64,000 nt of DNA from Christensenellaceae bacterium (GTDB taxonomy: Bacteria > Bacillota > Clostridia > Christensenellales > Aristaeellaceae). Position 1 is the first letter of the stretch. Each line of letters opens with the position of its first letter. Location of the stretch: the NCBI GenBank assembly GCA_012837835.1, contig DUQK01000018.1:16217-80216 (forward strand). Reading direction: 5' to 3'. Positions 54,485 through 63,731 of the stretch are shown in pieces. The position numbers and the translations under genes were made by a program. Under the pieces are notes generated by a model. The model did not search any database, was not told the DNA's origin, and saw nothing but the letters and a program-made list of their open reading frames with translations.

Positions 54485-55579
54485 ATGAAATTAGGTGTTG
54501 TGGGGTTACCCAATGTAGGCAAGAGTACGCTTTTTAACGCTATTACAAATGCAGGAGCGCAGGCTGCCAACTACCCCTTTTGCACGATAGAGCCAAATAC
54601 CGGCGTGGTACATGTGCCGGACGATAGATTGGATTACTTGGGCGAACTATATCATCCAAGAAAAGTAGTGCCGGCAACGGTGGAATTTGTAGACATAGCA
54701 GGTCTTGTGAAGGGTGCAAGCAGAGGGGAGGGGTTGGGAAATAAATTCCTCTCTCATATAAGGCAGGTGGATGCCGTAGTGCATGTGGTTCGCTGCTTTG
54801 AGGACGAAAATATTATACATGTAGACGGTAATATAGACCCTATGCGTGACATAGAAACTATAAACCTAGAGCTTATATTCGCCGATATGGATACGCTTAC
54901 AAAGCGCATGGAAAAAGCGGAAAAGCTTATAAAAACCGGCGAAAAGAAATACAAAATAGAGACGGAGCTTGCGGCTAAGGTAATAAGCCACCTAGAAGAA
55001 GGCAAGCCCGCCCGCAGCTATCCATTTACAGATGAAGAGATAGAAATCGCCCGCACATGGTTTCTACTTACAATAAAACCGGTGCTGTATGCGGCAAATA
55101 TTTCAGAGGAGGATATATCCCTTGGAGAAAGCAATCCCCTTATAAAAAGGGTGGTTGATATAGCATCAAAAGAGAATGCTCAAACGCTTGTTATAAGCGC
55201 TCAAATTGAGGAGGAGATAGCCTCTATGCCGCCTGAAGAAAGGGGAGAATATTTGTCAGCCCTTGGCATAGAACGCAGCGGGCTTGAAAGGCTTATACAG
55301 GCAAGCTATAGTCTGCTTAATTTGCAGTCTTTCTTTACGATAGGTGAGGACGAGTGCCGCGCTTGGACTATTAACAAAGGCACAAAGGCGCCTCAAGCGG
55401 CGGGCAAAATACATACGGACTTTGAGCGCGGCTTTATTAACGCGCAGGTAGTTCCGTATGAAACGCTAAAGGAACTTGGCTCTATAACCCTATGCCGTGA
55501 AAAAGGGCTTGTGCGCAGTGAGGGTAAGGAATATATAGTACAGGACGGCGATGTAATATTATTCCGTTTCAACGTATGA
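54485..55579 (+). CDS. ychF: Redox-regulated ATPase YchF (Obg-family)
   Basis: ATG 54485 follows AAGGAG. G1 is GLPNVGKST, G3 is DIAGLV, and the C-terminus has IHTDFERGFI. Confidence 0.9.
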   Translation: MKLGVVGLPNVGKSTLFNAITNAGAQAANYPFCTIEPNTGVVHVPDDRLDYLGELYHPRKVVPATVEFVDIAGLVKGASRGEGLGNKFLSHIRQVDAVVHVVRCFEDENIIHVDGNIDPMRDIETINLELIFADMDTLTKRMEKAEKLIKTGEKKYKIETELAAKVISHLEEGKPARSYPFTDEEIEIARTWFLLTIKPVLYAANISEEDISLGESNPLIKRVVDIASKENAQTLVISAQIEEEIASMPPEERGEYLSALGIERSGLERLIQASYSLLNLQSFFTIGEDECRAWTINKGTKAPQAAGKIHTDFERGFINAQVVPYETLKELGSITLCREKGLVRSEGKEYIVQDGDVILFRFNV

Positions 55580-56577
55580 GTAGATTGTCTTTTTTTATAA
55601 AACGTTTAGTGCGTATAGACAGAAAACGGTTTAAGGAAACCTTTGCCGCAATAAAAAAGCGCTCGGGTAAAAGTACGCCTTGGCTAATTATAGATATGCT
55701 TATATCTTCGCTCCGCTATGGCGCAGGTTATATGGATTACAGCATAGCCGAAATGTACAGGCTAAACCATAGACAAAAGAGCACCACAATAACAAGGGGT
55801 ATAAGCAACGATATAGTCCGCCGCATGAACGATAAAAGCTATACTCACTTCTTCGACGATAAGGCGGAGTTTAATACCCATTTCTCCAAATGGGTTAATA
55901 GAAAATGGCTGCATTTTGATGAAACTACCACTAGGGAAAGTTTTAAAGATTTTGTTAAAGGCTGCTCATCAATATTTGTGAAGCCTATAGAAGGCTCAAG
56001 CGGCGTTGGAGTACAGAGGATAGACGATTTGAGCGATGTCGAAAGCCTTTATGATAGTATTAAAGCGCTTGGCGATAGCATACTGGAAGAAACAGTAGTT
56101 CAGCACAGCGAAATGGCAAGACTCTGTCCGTATTCCGTGAACACCGTGCGTATAGCAACGCTGATAGGGGATAAGAAAAGCGGCATAGTATACACATTCC
56201 TTCGCATAGGCAACGGAAAAGCGGTGGATAATGTAGACTGCGGCGGTATGGCTTGCCGTATAGATACTGATACGGGTATAATAACAACGCCTGCTGCAAA
56301 CAAGGCGGGGGAAGTGTTCTATAAACACCCCTTAACAGGGAGCGAATTTATAGGCTTTAAGATACCCTATTTTGAAGAAGCGAAACAAATATGCCTTGAA
56401 GCCATGAATATAGTACCCGAGGTACGCTTTGTGGCATGGGATGTCGCCATAACTAAGGACGGCGCGTGCTTTATAGAGGGAAACTCATTCCCAAGCCATG
56501 CGGTGCCGCAGTTTGCGGTGCACTACCCTGACGGCATGGGAATACTAACCGAGTTTCGCGAGTTTCTGGATTGTTAA
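55576..56577 (+). CDS. ATP-grasp fold protein (sugar-transfer-associated type)
   Basis: ATGA overlap with ychF. VKPIEGSSGVGV and FIEGNSFP blocks are typical of ATP-grasp. Confidence 0.55.
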   Translation: MSRLSFFIKRLVRIDRKRFKETFAAIKKRSGKSTPWLIIDMLISSLRYGAGYMDYSIAEMYRLNHRQKSTTITRGISNDIVRRMNDKSYTHFFDDKAEFNTHFSKWVNRKWLHFDETTTRESFKDFVKGCSSIFVKPIEGSSGVGVQRIDDLSDVESLYDSIKALGDSILEETVVQHSEMARLCPYSVNTVRIATLIGDKKSGIVYTFLRIGNGKAVDNVDCGGMACRIDTDTGIITTPAANKAGEVFYKHPLTGSEFIGFKIPYFEEAKQICLEAMNIVPEVRFVAWDVAITKDGACFIEGNSFPSHAVPQFAVHYPDGMGILTEFREFLDC

Positions 56578-56640
56578 TGCAAGAATTTGCCTTTCTCGTT
56601 CGTTATATTATTAGTACCAGTTTACAAGGAGTTGAAACAC

Positions 56641-57966
56641 ATGAATTTACTTAATACTATACTACTTTATATGGCGCTGTTATCCTCTGCCTCTCTTGCG
56701 GGAGTGCCGGAGATAACCCCGCCCCCTATGGAGTTTATTAGCCCCGCGCCCGTTGAAATGGCTACTGCAACACTAGTTCCCTCAGCACAGTCCACATCTG
56801 TAATAGTGCCTCCGCCTGTGCAAACAGTTGCGCCTGTGGAAGTGCCATCGCTTACAACGGTTGCGAGAGGAGATAGGGGCAACAATGTGCGTACTCTCCA
56901 AAAAAGGCTTATAGAGCTTGGTTACCTTAAGGAGGGAGAGGACGACGGCATATTCGGCAATAAGACAAAGCGCGCGGTTGAACGTTTCCAGAACTACAAC
57001 AACCTGAAGGTTGACGGTATAGCCGGTAAGGATACGCTGGGCAAGCTGTATAATGACCCCTATGTAGTGCTTGCTCCTGTAGATGTAGGTACTCCCCGCC
57101 CGGTTGTTATGCCTACAACTGCACCAACCGTAAAGCCTGCGGTTATAATAAAGCTTGTAGCAAGCTATGTAGATGAAAAAGACAATGAATTTGCAAGGGA
57201 AGAGCTTTACTTCCAGCAAGGCATAACTACATATAAGGCAAATAGCGAACTTGTTCCTGAGGGTTATGTTCTTGCTTCAGACGGCGCAGTAAAGGTAACA
57301 GTTGATGGAGAGGGTAAAGCCACGCCTTCGTCTATTACATTCAAATACCATTCACCTGCAACAGAAGCCCCTGTAACGGAAGCACCCACCACAGCGCCTG
57401 CAGAAGCTCCAGTAACAGAAGCGCCTGCAACTGAAAAACCCACTGAAGAACCTACAGAGACGCCTACGGAAACACACGCTCCTACTGTAGACCCGCTAGA
57501 AGGGCTTGAAAAATTCCCTACTTCTTGTGTTTCAGGAGCTGCAAAGGAAGATGCTGCTGTATATATGGGTCCGGGTACAGAATATTTCGCTTTTGATGGT
57601 AACCCAAATATTGTTGCAAGTACAAACAATAACTATAATTGGTTCGGTACAAATAAGGACTGGGCAATTGTGGCATACATACACGGCGACGATGCTAGAC
57701 TTAGTATAGGTTATGTAAATAAGCAGGCTGCGCCTGAAGACCTATCGCTTTCTGAGCTTAAATTTTCAGATTATAAGACGAAACTAACAACCGATATTTC
57801 GCTTTGCGGCAATACGCATCTTGAAAGCGCTGAAATTGCCAAGCTTACTGCAGGAACGGAAATCACAATCCTTGCCACATATAGCCCATACCTTTATGTA
57901 GAGGCAATAGAGCCGGTTACAGGCAAACTTGCCCGAGGATTTATATCTGAGGATGCCATAAAATAA
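56641..57966 (+). CDS. Secreted protein with one PG_binding_1 domain, a P/T/E/A linker and a C-terminal SH3-like region
   Basis: ATG 56641 follows AAGGAG. Signal peptide present. PG-binding repeat (NNVRTLQKRLIELGYL...DGIAGKDTLGKL). Confidence 0.75.
   Translation: MNLLNTILLYMALLSSASLAGVPEITPPPMEFISPAPVEMATATLVPSAQSTSVIVPPPVQTVAPVEVPSLTTVARGDRGNNVRTLQKRLIELGYLKEGEDDGIFGNKTKRAVERFQNYNNLKVDGIAGKDTLGKLYNDPYVVLAPVDVGTPRPVVMPTTAPTVKPAVIIKLVASYVDEKDNEFAREELYFQQGITTYKANSELVPEGYVLASDGAVKVTVDGEGKATPSSITFKYHSPATEAPVTEAPTTAPAEAPVTEAPATEKPTEEPTETPTETHAPTVDPLEGLEKFPTSCVSGAAKEDAAVYMGPGTEYFAFDGNPNIVASTNNNYNWFGTNKDWAIVAYIHGDDARLSIGYVNKQAAPEDLSLSELKFSDYKTKLTTDISLCGNTHLESAEIAKLTAGTEITILATYSPYLYVEAIEPVTGKLARGFISEDAIK
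57352..57486 (+). repeat. In-frame degenerate tandem repeat encoding a (A/T)-E-A-P-V-T-type linker
   Basis: Encodes SPATEAPVTEAPTTAPAEAPVTEAPATEKPTEEPTETPTETHAPT. The units acagaagc(c/g)cct and gtaac(g/a)gaagc recur. Confidence 0.6.
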
Positions 57967-57985
57967 CATTTTACTAAAAACGATT

Positions 57986-58012
57986 AGCGCTGCAAAAAAC
58001 GCGGCGCTTTTT
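57986..58012 (+). terminator. Rho-independent terminator
   Basis: agcgctgc/gcggcgct stem (57986-57993 / 58001-58008, one G:U pair), followed by TTTTT. Confidence 0.7.
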
Positions 58013-58072
58013 ATATTTCATGTACAAATAACACAAACTAAATGAACCAATGTTTTTATAACATAAAAGCAC

Positions 58073-58098
58073 AAAAAAGAGGAACTAACCTGTTCCCC
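58073..58098 (-). terminator. Terminator of the tRNA-Gln/tRNA-Glu unit
   Basis: On the minus strand, a ggggaac/gttcctc 7-bp stem is followed by TTTTTT (complement of 58073-58078). Confidence 0.65.
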
Positions 58099-58111
58099 AC
58101 GCGCTAAGCTA

Positions 58112-58187
58112 TGGCACCTCCGACGGGAATCGAACCCGTGTTTCCGCCTTGAGAGGGCGACGTCCTAGACCGCTAGACGACGGAGGC
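58112..58187 (-). tRNA. tRNA-Glu (anticodon CUC)
   Basis: Reverse complement is GCCTCCGTCGTCTAGCGGTCTAGGACGTCGCCCTCTCAAGGCGGAAACACGGGTTCGATTCCCGTCGGAGGTGCCA. It folds as a cloverleaf with anticodon loop CTCTCAA, and CCA is encoded. Confidence 0.85.
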
Positions 58188-58189
58188 AT

Positions 58190-58263
58190 TGGCTGGGGAA
58201 CTAGGATTCGAACCTAGACAATACGAGTCAGAGTCGTAGGTGCTGCCGTTACACAATTCCCCA
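58190..58263 (-). tRNA. tRNA-Gln (anticodon CUG)
   Basis: Reverse complement is TGGGGAATTGTGTAACGGCAGCACCTACGACTCTGACTCGTATTGTCTAGGTTCGAATCCTAGTTCCCCAGCCA. Acceptor is TGGGGAA/TTCCCCA and the anticodon loop is CTCTGAC. Confidence 0.85.
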
Positions 58264-58310
58264 ACGCATTTATCAGCGCCTAGGCATTATACTTAATGTG
58301 ACAAATTATG

Positions 58311-59130
58311 TCAAGCAGGCATAAGGGCTATTTCAATATCGGGTGCCTGCAAGAAAGCTTCCCTTTCTGTAAAGCCGCCCTTCCAAGGGAAACTATCAGG
58401 GGCGCTAAATTTATATCCTTCACTAAGGCCAAGTGAACAGCTGCATATACCAGTATGCTCGTAAGCGGTTTTATTATCTATAGCTTTAAGCGCCTCTAAA
58501 ACTCCGTTATATATTAGTGGATAAGTTTCTTTAGGGGATGGCTCCCATTTATTAAGCTTATCTTTAACTGATATACATGATACATTTGGCGATAGCTCTA
58601 TCGCTTCCCTGTGCGATGCGGCGCAGCCTATGTTTGCCACATAAGGTGTGCCGTTAAAGCACATTACAGCCATTCCTATTTCAGCAATACTCAAATTGTT
58701 TATAATGAATCTTCCAAGTGGGGGGAGTGTGTATGGTATGGGAGAAATATGCGTTGTCCTCTCCGTTTCGGGCGTGCTGCCCTACTGTTATTATGCCGAA
58801 GGGATTTATTATAGCCTGCCCCCTTATTCTGCTCCATAAAAAGCACCTGCTGGGCGTGTCAAAAAAATTTACATTTGCGGGTAGTTTTTCTACTATTATA
58901 TTGCTTTCGGTGCAGCCCGCAAAATGCATATCGTACAAAAGTATTTCGTCTATTCCAAAGTCGTTAGTAGCAAAACATACTGCCAGAACATCGCTTGTAA
59001 TGCAGTTTCTTCCGTATTCTCTCCAAAGCAATTTGTCGGGGAAAAGCTCCTCATGCAAAAGAGCGTCCCTGTTATGTTCAAATATTCCGCTCGCGCCTTC
59101 CATATTCGCGATAACTATTAGCTGTTTCAT
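58311..59130 (-). pseudogene. dppA: D-aminopeptidase DppA (peptidase M55) gene, split by a 1-nt frameshift in a C6 run
   Basis: ORFs 58681..59130 (MKQLIVIANMEGASGI...) and 58311..58694 together make about 275 aa, colinear with M55 peptidases. The downstream frame stays open back through PPLGRFIINNLSIAEIG. The frames meet at the G6/C6 run at 58720-58725. Confidence 0.7.
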
Positions 59131-59251
59131 GTCCTCTCCTTTTTTGTTTGCATATATTATTTGTGGCTATAAAAAAACATGGCGCACTTATATGTACGCC
59201 AAAGTATAAAAATTAAACAAATAACCGGATATAAAACACAAAAATTACTGC

Positions 59252-59746
59252 CTATGCGCTTTCTGTAAGTAAATTATTTTCATATTCTGCGCTTGGCAGC
59301 AATTCCTTTTGCTGTAAGGCTTTAATCCTCTCTATACGTTTTTCTACTCTGTAGCTTGTGAGTATTTTTGAGCGGAAACGGTTAAGAGTTAGCCTTAAAC
59401 CTATAGCGCAGGGAAGCGCTATAATGCCTGCGCCTATACAGTTTAGCATAGTTCCTAGTGCAAGTGAAGCGCCATTTCTTACAAGACGGTAGCGAGTGTC
59501 TTGGTTGCCTGCTTTTAGGCTCTTATGCTTAAAAAGAACATTGCTGCCCTCGTGCAGCACAACGGTTGCAAAGGGGAGAGCTGTGCTTATAGGGCTTACG
59601 GTATCCATAAGTATATCAGTATTTTCAATAAGCCCAAGACCTATGCTCATTTCGTCAACAAAGCTTGCGCCAAGGGCTATGCTGTCTACTATTCTGCTTT
59701 TATCCCTAGATTTATAATGCTCAAAAAGTTCTTTTAGGTTTGCCAT
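59252..59746 (-). CDS. Membrane protein of unknown function
   Basis: ATG 59746 lies 5 nt after GGAGG. Two or three hydrophobic segments and a basic amphipathic C-terminus. Confidence 0.55.
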   Translation of the reverse strand: MANLKELFEHYKSRDKSRIVDSIALGASFVDEMSIGLGLIENTDILMDTVSPISTALPFATVVLHEGSNVLFKHKSLKAGNQDTRYRLVRNGASLALGTMLNCIGAGIIALPCAIGLRLTLNRFRSKILTSYRVEKRIERIKALQQKELLPSAEYENNLLTESA

Positions 59747-59747
59747 T

Positions 59748-60131
59748 TTAACCTCCAAATGTGCGGAGCAGTGCAGTTATAACCCATGCGCCACTTATTA
59801 TAAGCGCTATCCAGGTTATCTGTTTAAGGGAGCCTTGCAATATGCCCTTTTTGCGCTTCTGCTCCTTTGCTATGCAGTCCTGCAGGCGCTTTATATCCTG
59901 CTCAATGCTATTTAAGCGTTTGCTATATTCCTGTAGCCTTTCAGTAATTATTGTTATTTCTGCGGAATTATATTCCTGTTTGTCATATAAGCTGTGCAGG
60001 TCTGCATTCATGCCCTCAAGCACGGTGGTAACTTCTTCTGTGTACCTATCGACCTGCTTATATATATCCCTGCCCTTTATGCCTGAAATTGCGGATTCTA
60101 TAATGTTTTTTGGTTTAGCTTCATCGCTCAT
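59748..60131 (-). CDS. Coiled-coil protein with a C-terminal TM anchor
   Basis: ATGA overlap with the prs-like gene. Heptad-like central region (LQEYSKRLNSIEQDIKRLQDCIAKEQ) and a C-terminal WIALIISGAWVITALL segment. Confidence 0.55.
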   Translation of the reverse strand: MSDEAKPKNIIESAISGIKGRDIYKQVDRYTEEVTTVLEGMNADLHSLYDKQEYNSAEITIITERLQEYSKRLNSIEQDIKRLQDCIAKEQKRKKGILQGSLKQITWIALIISGAWVITALLRTFGG

Positions 60132-61345
60132 ACAAGCCTAATGCCCTTATCCAGTTGTTCCTTAGCATAGCGCTCAAGCAGATTTTTAATGCGGTTATAG
60201 GGGTTTAGCAATTTGCCAAGGCTTCTATCATGGTTTAGCGTTGCAATAAGGTATGATATATATTTGCTCATATCAGCACGTGCGAACCACGGCTTTTGCA
60301 GCAGCTCTTCTCTATGGTGTGTTAAGTTTGTAGTGATAACCTTAGAAATAAGCCCCTGCTCGTAAGCTTCCTGATATGCTTCAAGACCATTTGTGAAAAA
60401 CGCAAAGGTAACTATGGCAAATACCCTTGTCGCCTTACGTTTTTTAAGCTCCTTTGCAAGTTCTATTATAGAATCCCCGGTTGATAATATATCATCTGCC
60501 ACTATAATATCCTTGCCCTCTACATCAGGACCTAAGTATTCATGCGCTATTATGGGGTTGCGCCCTTCAACTATGCGGGTATAATCCCTGCGTTTGTAGA
60601 ACATGCCCATTTCGAGTGAAAGCACGGTGGAATAGAATATATTTCTTGGCACTGCGCCCTCATCGGGGGATACGACTGCCATGGTGTTTTTATTTATATA
60701 AAGATCTTTAACTTCCCTGCACAGCGCCTTTAGCATCTGGTATGTTGGCATTATGTTTTCAAAGCCGCAAAGGGGTATTGCGTTTTGAACTCTAGGGTCA
60801 TGGGCATCAAAAGTTAATATATTTGTAACGCCCATGTTCTCAAGCTCTTGGAGAGCTATAGCGCAGTCTAAGCTCTCTCTGGAATTACGGCGGTGCTGGC
60901 GGCTCTCGTATAGGAAGGGCATAATCACATTTACGCGTTTTGCCTTACCGGCGATGGCAGCGATTATGCGCTTAAGGTCTGAAAAATGGTCGTCCGGCGA
61001 CATAGGTACTTCCATATCGTACATCTTGTACCGGATATTGTACGCAGTTACATCGCAAATTATGTATATATCATAGCCGCGCACACTTTCTCTAAGCACA
61101 CCCTTACTTTCGCCGGTACCGAATCTAGGGCAATTCGCATTTATTAAAAAGGTATCCCTATCGCTGCCCGGTACCGTGTAATATTCGGTATCGAAAAATT
61201 CGGTGTTATTAACGCCTTGCCACTGTAAAAGCCATTTGTTTACGCTTCTGCCTATGTCTTCACAGCCCGCCATGGCAATGATGCCAAGCGGCGCTATTGG
61301 TGCATTTATCACCTTGCCATGCAAATCCTTAATTACATTGTTCAA
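60128..61345 (-). CDS. Ribose-phosphate pyrophosphokinase-like protein (long, divergent Prs family member)
   Basis: The likely start is TTG 61345, 8 nt after AAGGGGGA; the track start would overlap the upstream gene. Blocks TFDAHDPRVQN and VSPDEGA, and a PRPP loop IVADDILSTGDSIIE. Confidence 0.7.
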   Translation of the reverse strand: MNNVIKDLHGKVINAPIAPLGIIAMAGCEDIGRSVNKWLLQWQGVNNTEFFDTEYYTVPGSDRDTFLINANCPRFGTGESKGVLRESVRGYDIYIICDVTAYNIRYKMYDMEVPMSPDDHFSDLKRIIAAIAGKAKRVNVIMPFLYESRQHRRNSRESLDCAIALQELENMGVTNILTFDAHDPRVQNAIPLCGFENIMPTYQMLKALCREVKDLYINKNTMAVVSPDEGAVPRNIFYSTVLSLEMGMFYKRRDYTRIVEGRNPIIAHEYLGPDVEGKDIIVADDILSTGDSIIELAKELKKRKATRVFAIVTFAFFTNGLEAYQEAYEQGLISKVITTNLTHHREELLQKPWFARADMSKYISYLIATLNHDRSLGKLLNPYNRIKNLLERYAKEQLDKGIRLV

Positions 61346-61370
61346 TATATTTATCCCCCTTTTAATATTG

Positions 61371-62885
61371 TTATTCGATGTGCATAAGCTGTAATTTAGG
61401 ACATTCAACTTCCTGATTGTTTTCGTTGAGCATACTGCTTGTACCCACCAACACCCCATATGCGGTGAGCTTGGTATTTAACGGGTAGCCTACCTGTTTA
61501 TCGCTGGAAAGAATTATCAGGTTTTTATAAGTTTCCCCTGTTTTTGCCGTGGCGAATTTAAGTATCCACTCTCCCGCTTTTTCTTCTGAAGATATTATAT
61601 ATCCTTCGTAGCGGAGCATTTTGCCGTCATTGTTGTCTATGTTGCGCATAAGCGTGCTGTAGGCGGGGCTTTTTGCGCTGCTCTTAATGCGCGAAATGCG
61701 TTCCTCATCGCTTAAGGTGCGCTCGCAATTATAAATGAAAGACCTATCCTCGTAGTTTTCTTTTGAGAACTTGAGAATAATGTCATACTTGCCTTCGTTT
61801 TTGGTATCTATTTTGAAAGAGAATTTGCCGCCCGCGCCTATGCGCTTTGCACTTACTTCGCCGTTTACAGAAAGGCTTACGCTTACACCTTTTTCAGCTG
61901 TGCCTGATATGGTATAGCTATCCGCTTCCAGCTTTTCAGGCGGGGAATTATTGATGGCAACATTTATTAGCCCCTTGCGGTATGTTACGGCGTACTGTTT
62001 TTCAAGTGGGAGCGCGCCTTCAACTTCCACTGTAAGCGTCATAAAATACAGGTCTTCCCTAGGTAAGGTAATAGTTAAGCTGTAGCTGCCGTTTTTAGAG
62101 GCTGTTCCCTCAAACACCTTGGTTTCTGCGGTGCTGAACGAGCCTATAACCGCGGTAAGTTTCGCACCTGCTGCGGTTTTACCTTTCATGGTGAAGGTAT
62201 CCTCTGCAGTTTCGGAAGGAGCGGTTACCTGCTCATCAAAGCTTACTGGAAGCTGAGGCAGAGGTAATGTTTGAGTGAAAGTAAGTGTATCAAATACCTT
62301 GTTAAGTGCTTTATTATCCGCAGATTTAAGCTGCCTTCCTCCTAATACTTTCATGTCCATGGTTATGGTATAGCCGTTATAAATAGTACGCCTTTGGTAT
62401 CCTCTATGTTCAACGCTGCCTCCTTGGCGGAAATTATACCTTAGCATTAGCCAGCGCCCGGATTTTTTGAAGTTTTTCCATTCTACAGAATTATAGTGAT
62501 AGCCCAACACCTTAAACCTATCGCTTGCAGAGTGAAGCCTGCGGTAGGATGCGCGTGTCTGCGGAGTGTGTTCGTTTATGTTGAAATATTGTTCGGCTTC
62601 GCCATCTTTAACCGCGGAAAGGGTTAACAGCCTATCGTTCTTTTTGTCGGAAGCGATTAATAGCATTCCGCCAGTATTGAAACTTTCAACTTCATATCCT
62701 AAGCTTTTTAAAGTGTCCTCGTTATTTGCTGCATTGTCCTTAGTTATTACATTGTTGTATACGTCACTTGGAAGGCTTAGGCTTGCGTAGATGTCGTCAA
62801 ACTCATAGTTTTCTGCGCTTGCGGAAAAACCCAAACAAGACAACGCCAAAACAAATGACATAAATATTATTACACGCCTTTGCAT
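61371..62885 (-). CDS. Secreted hypothetical protein (504 aa)
   Basis: Signal peptide MQRRVIIFMSFVLALSCLGFSASA. Beta-rich, probably with Ig-like repeats in the middle. No family recognised. Confidence 0.6.
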   Translation of the reverse strand: MQRRVIIFMSFVLALSCLGFSASAENYEFDDIYASLSLPSDVYNNVITKDNAANNEDTLKSLGYEVESFNTGGMLLIASDKKNDRLLTLSAVKDGEAEQYFNINEHTPQTRASYRRLHSASDRFKVLGYHYNSVEWKNFKKSGRWLMLRYNFRQGGSVEHRGYQRRTIYNGYTITMDMKVLGGRQLKSADNKALNKVFDTLTFTQTLPLPQLPVSFDEQVTAPSETAEDTFTMKGKTAAGAKLTAVIGSFSTAETKVFEGTASKNGSYSLTITLPREDLYFMTLTVEVEGALPLEKQYAVTYRKGLINVAINNSPPEKLEADSYTISGTAEKGVSVSLSVNGEVSAKRIGAGGKFSFKIDTKNEGKYDIILKFSKENYEDRSFIYNCERTLSDEERISRIKSSAKSPAYSTLMRNIDNNDGKMLRYEGYIISSEEKAGEWILKFATAKTGETYKNLIILSSDKQVGYPLNTKLTAYGVLVGTSSMLNENNQEVECPKLQLMHIE

Positions 62886-62971
62886 AAGGCTCCCTCCTTC
62901 TATGAACTCAGTTAAATTCTACCATAATTGCATTAAACCGACAAGTAAAGCAAGCTCTCACTGCTTTGATT

Positions 62972-63718
62972 TTACATGCCCTTAAGAACATACAACAGCA
63001 CAAGATGTGCGGGGTATGCTATATACCCTAAGACCTTATTTCTCTTAATTTTGCTGTCAGTATTTATTAGAATTAGCGGGAGGGATAACATAGCCATAGA
63101 CTGAATCTTAAAACATGGTTGAATCACATATAATAGCCTAGATAGTGCAGGGGGTAAAGTTAGGTTTTGGAAATTTACTACGCTGTATGAATTGGCTCCC
63201 CAGTAAAGACAGAAGGATATAAACATAGCCGCAAATGCGCCTGCGTTTTTTCTGCACAAATACATGAATATTATAAGAAGTACTCCTCTAAAGCCATAGT
63301 CCATAGTAAGAAGCGCCGAAATAATAAGGCATATTATAGGCACAAGTATGTGGCTATAGCGTTTTCTTATCATTATGCCCCATATGGACAGCATGCCAAG
63401 AAGCAGCGTGAATATTACATTAAGCTCAAATACTTCGTGTGATAGCGCTAACATATACGGGTATTGAGATATAAGCGCAAACACAAGCAGCCTTAGAGCA
63501 TAGCGCAATGGGTTTTTTGTGTAATCTAAACCTCGCACAATATTGTAGCAGAATAAGGGAAATGCCATTCTTCCTACTACTCTTAACCATATTTGACTCG
63601 GGAAAAACACTATGCCTATATGGTCTATAAACATAGTGATTATGGCTACAAGCTGCAGAAGAGCTGTATCGTCATTTAATTCTGTGCTTTTATTATCGCA
63701 ATTAGTTATTGTATGCAT
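62972..63718 (-). CDS. TraX-family membrane protein
   Basis: Polytopic, 248 aa. The N-terminal LLQLVAIITMFIDHIG block is typical of TraX. Confidence 0.65.
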   Translation of the reverse strand: MHTITNCDNKSTELNDDTALLQLVAIITMFIDHIGIVFFPSQIWLRVVGRMAFPLFCYNIVRGLDYTKNPLRYALRLLVFALISQYPYMLALSHEVFELNVIFTLLLGMLSIWGIMIRKRYSHILVPIICLIISALLTMDYGFRGVLLIIFMYLCRKNAGAFAAMFISFCLYWGANSYSVVNFQNLTLPPALSRLLYVIQPCFKIQSMAMLSLPLILINTDSKIKRNKVLGYIAYPAHLVLLYVLKGM

Positions 63719-63731
63719 ATATTGTCAGAGA

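Noticed and set aside
58718-59209. 163-aa plus-strand ORF
   Set aside because: It is antisense to the N-terminal half of the dppA pseudogene. It has no RBS and a low-complexity Cys/Ser/Leu composition.
61346-61459. Track start (61459) of the prs-like ORF
   Set aside because: That start would overlap the 3-prime end of the upstream secreted-protein gene (ending at 61371) and encode a Cys/Trp-rich leader. A TTG at 61345 with an AAGGGGGA RBS fits better.
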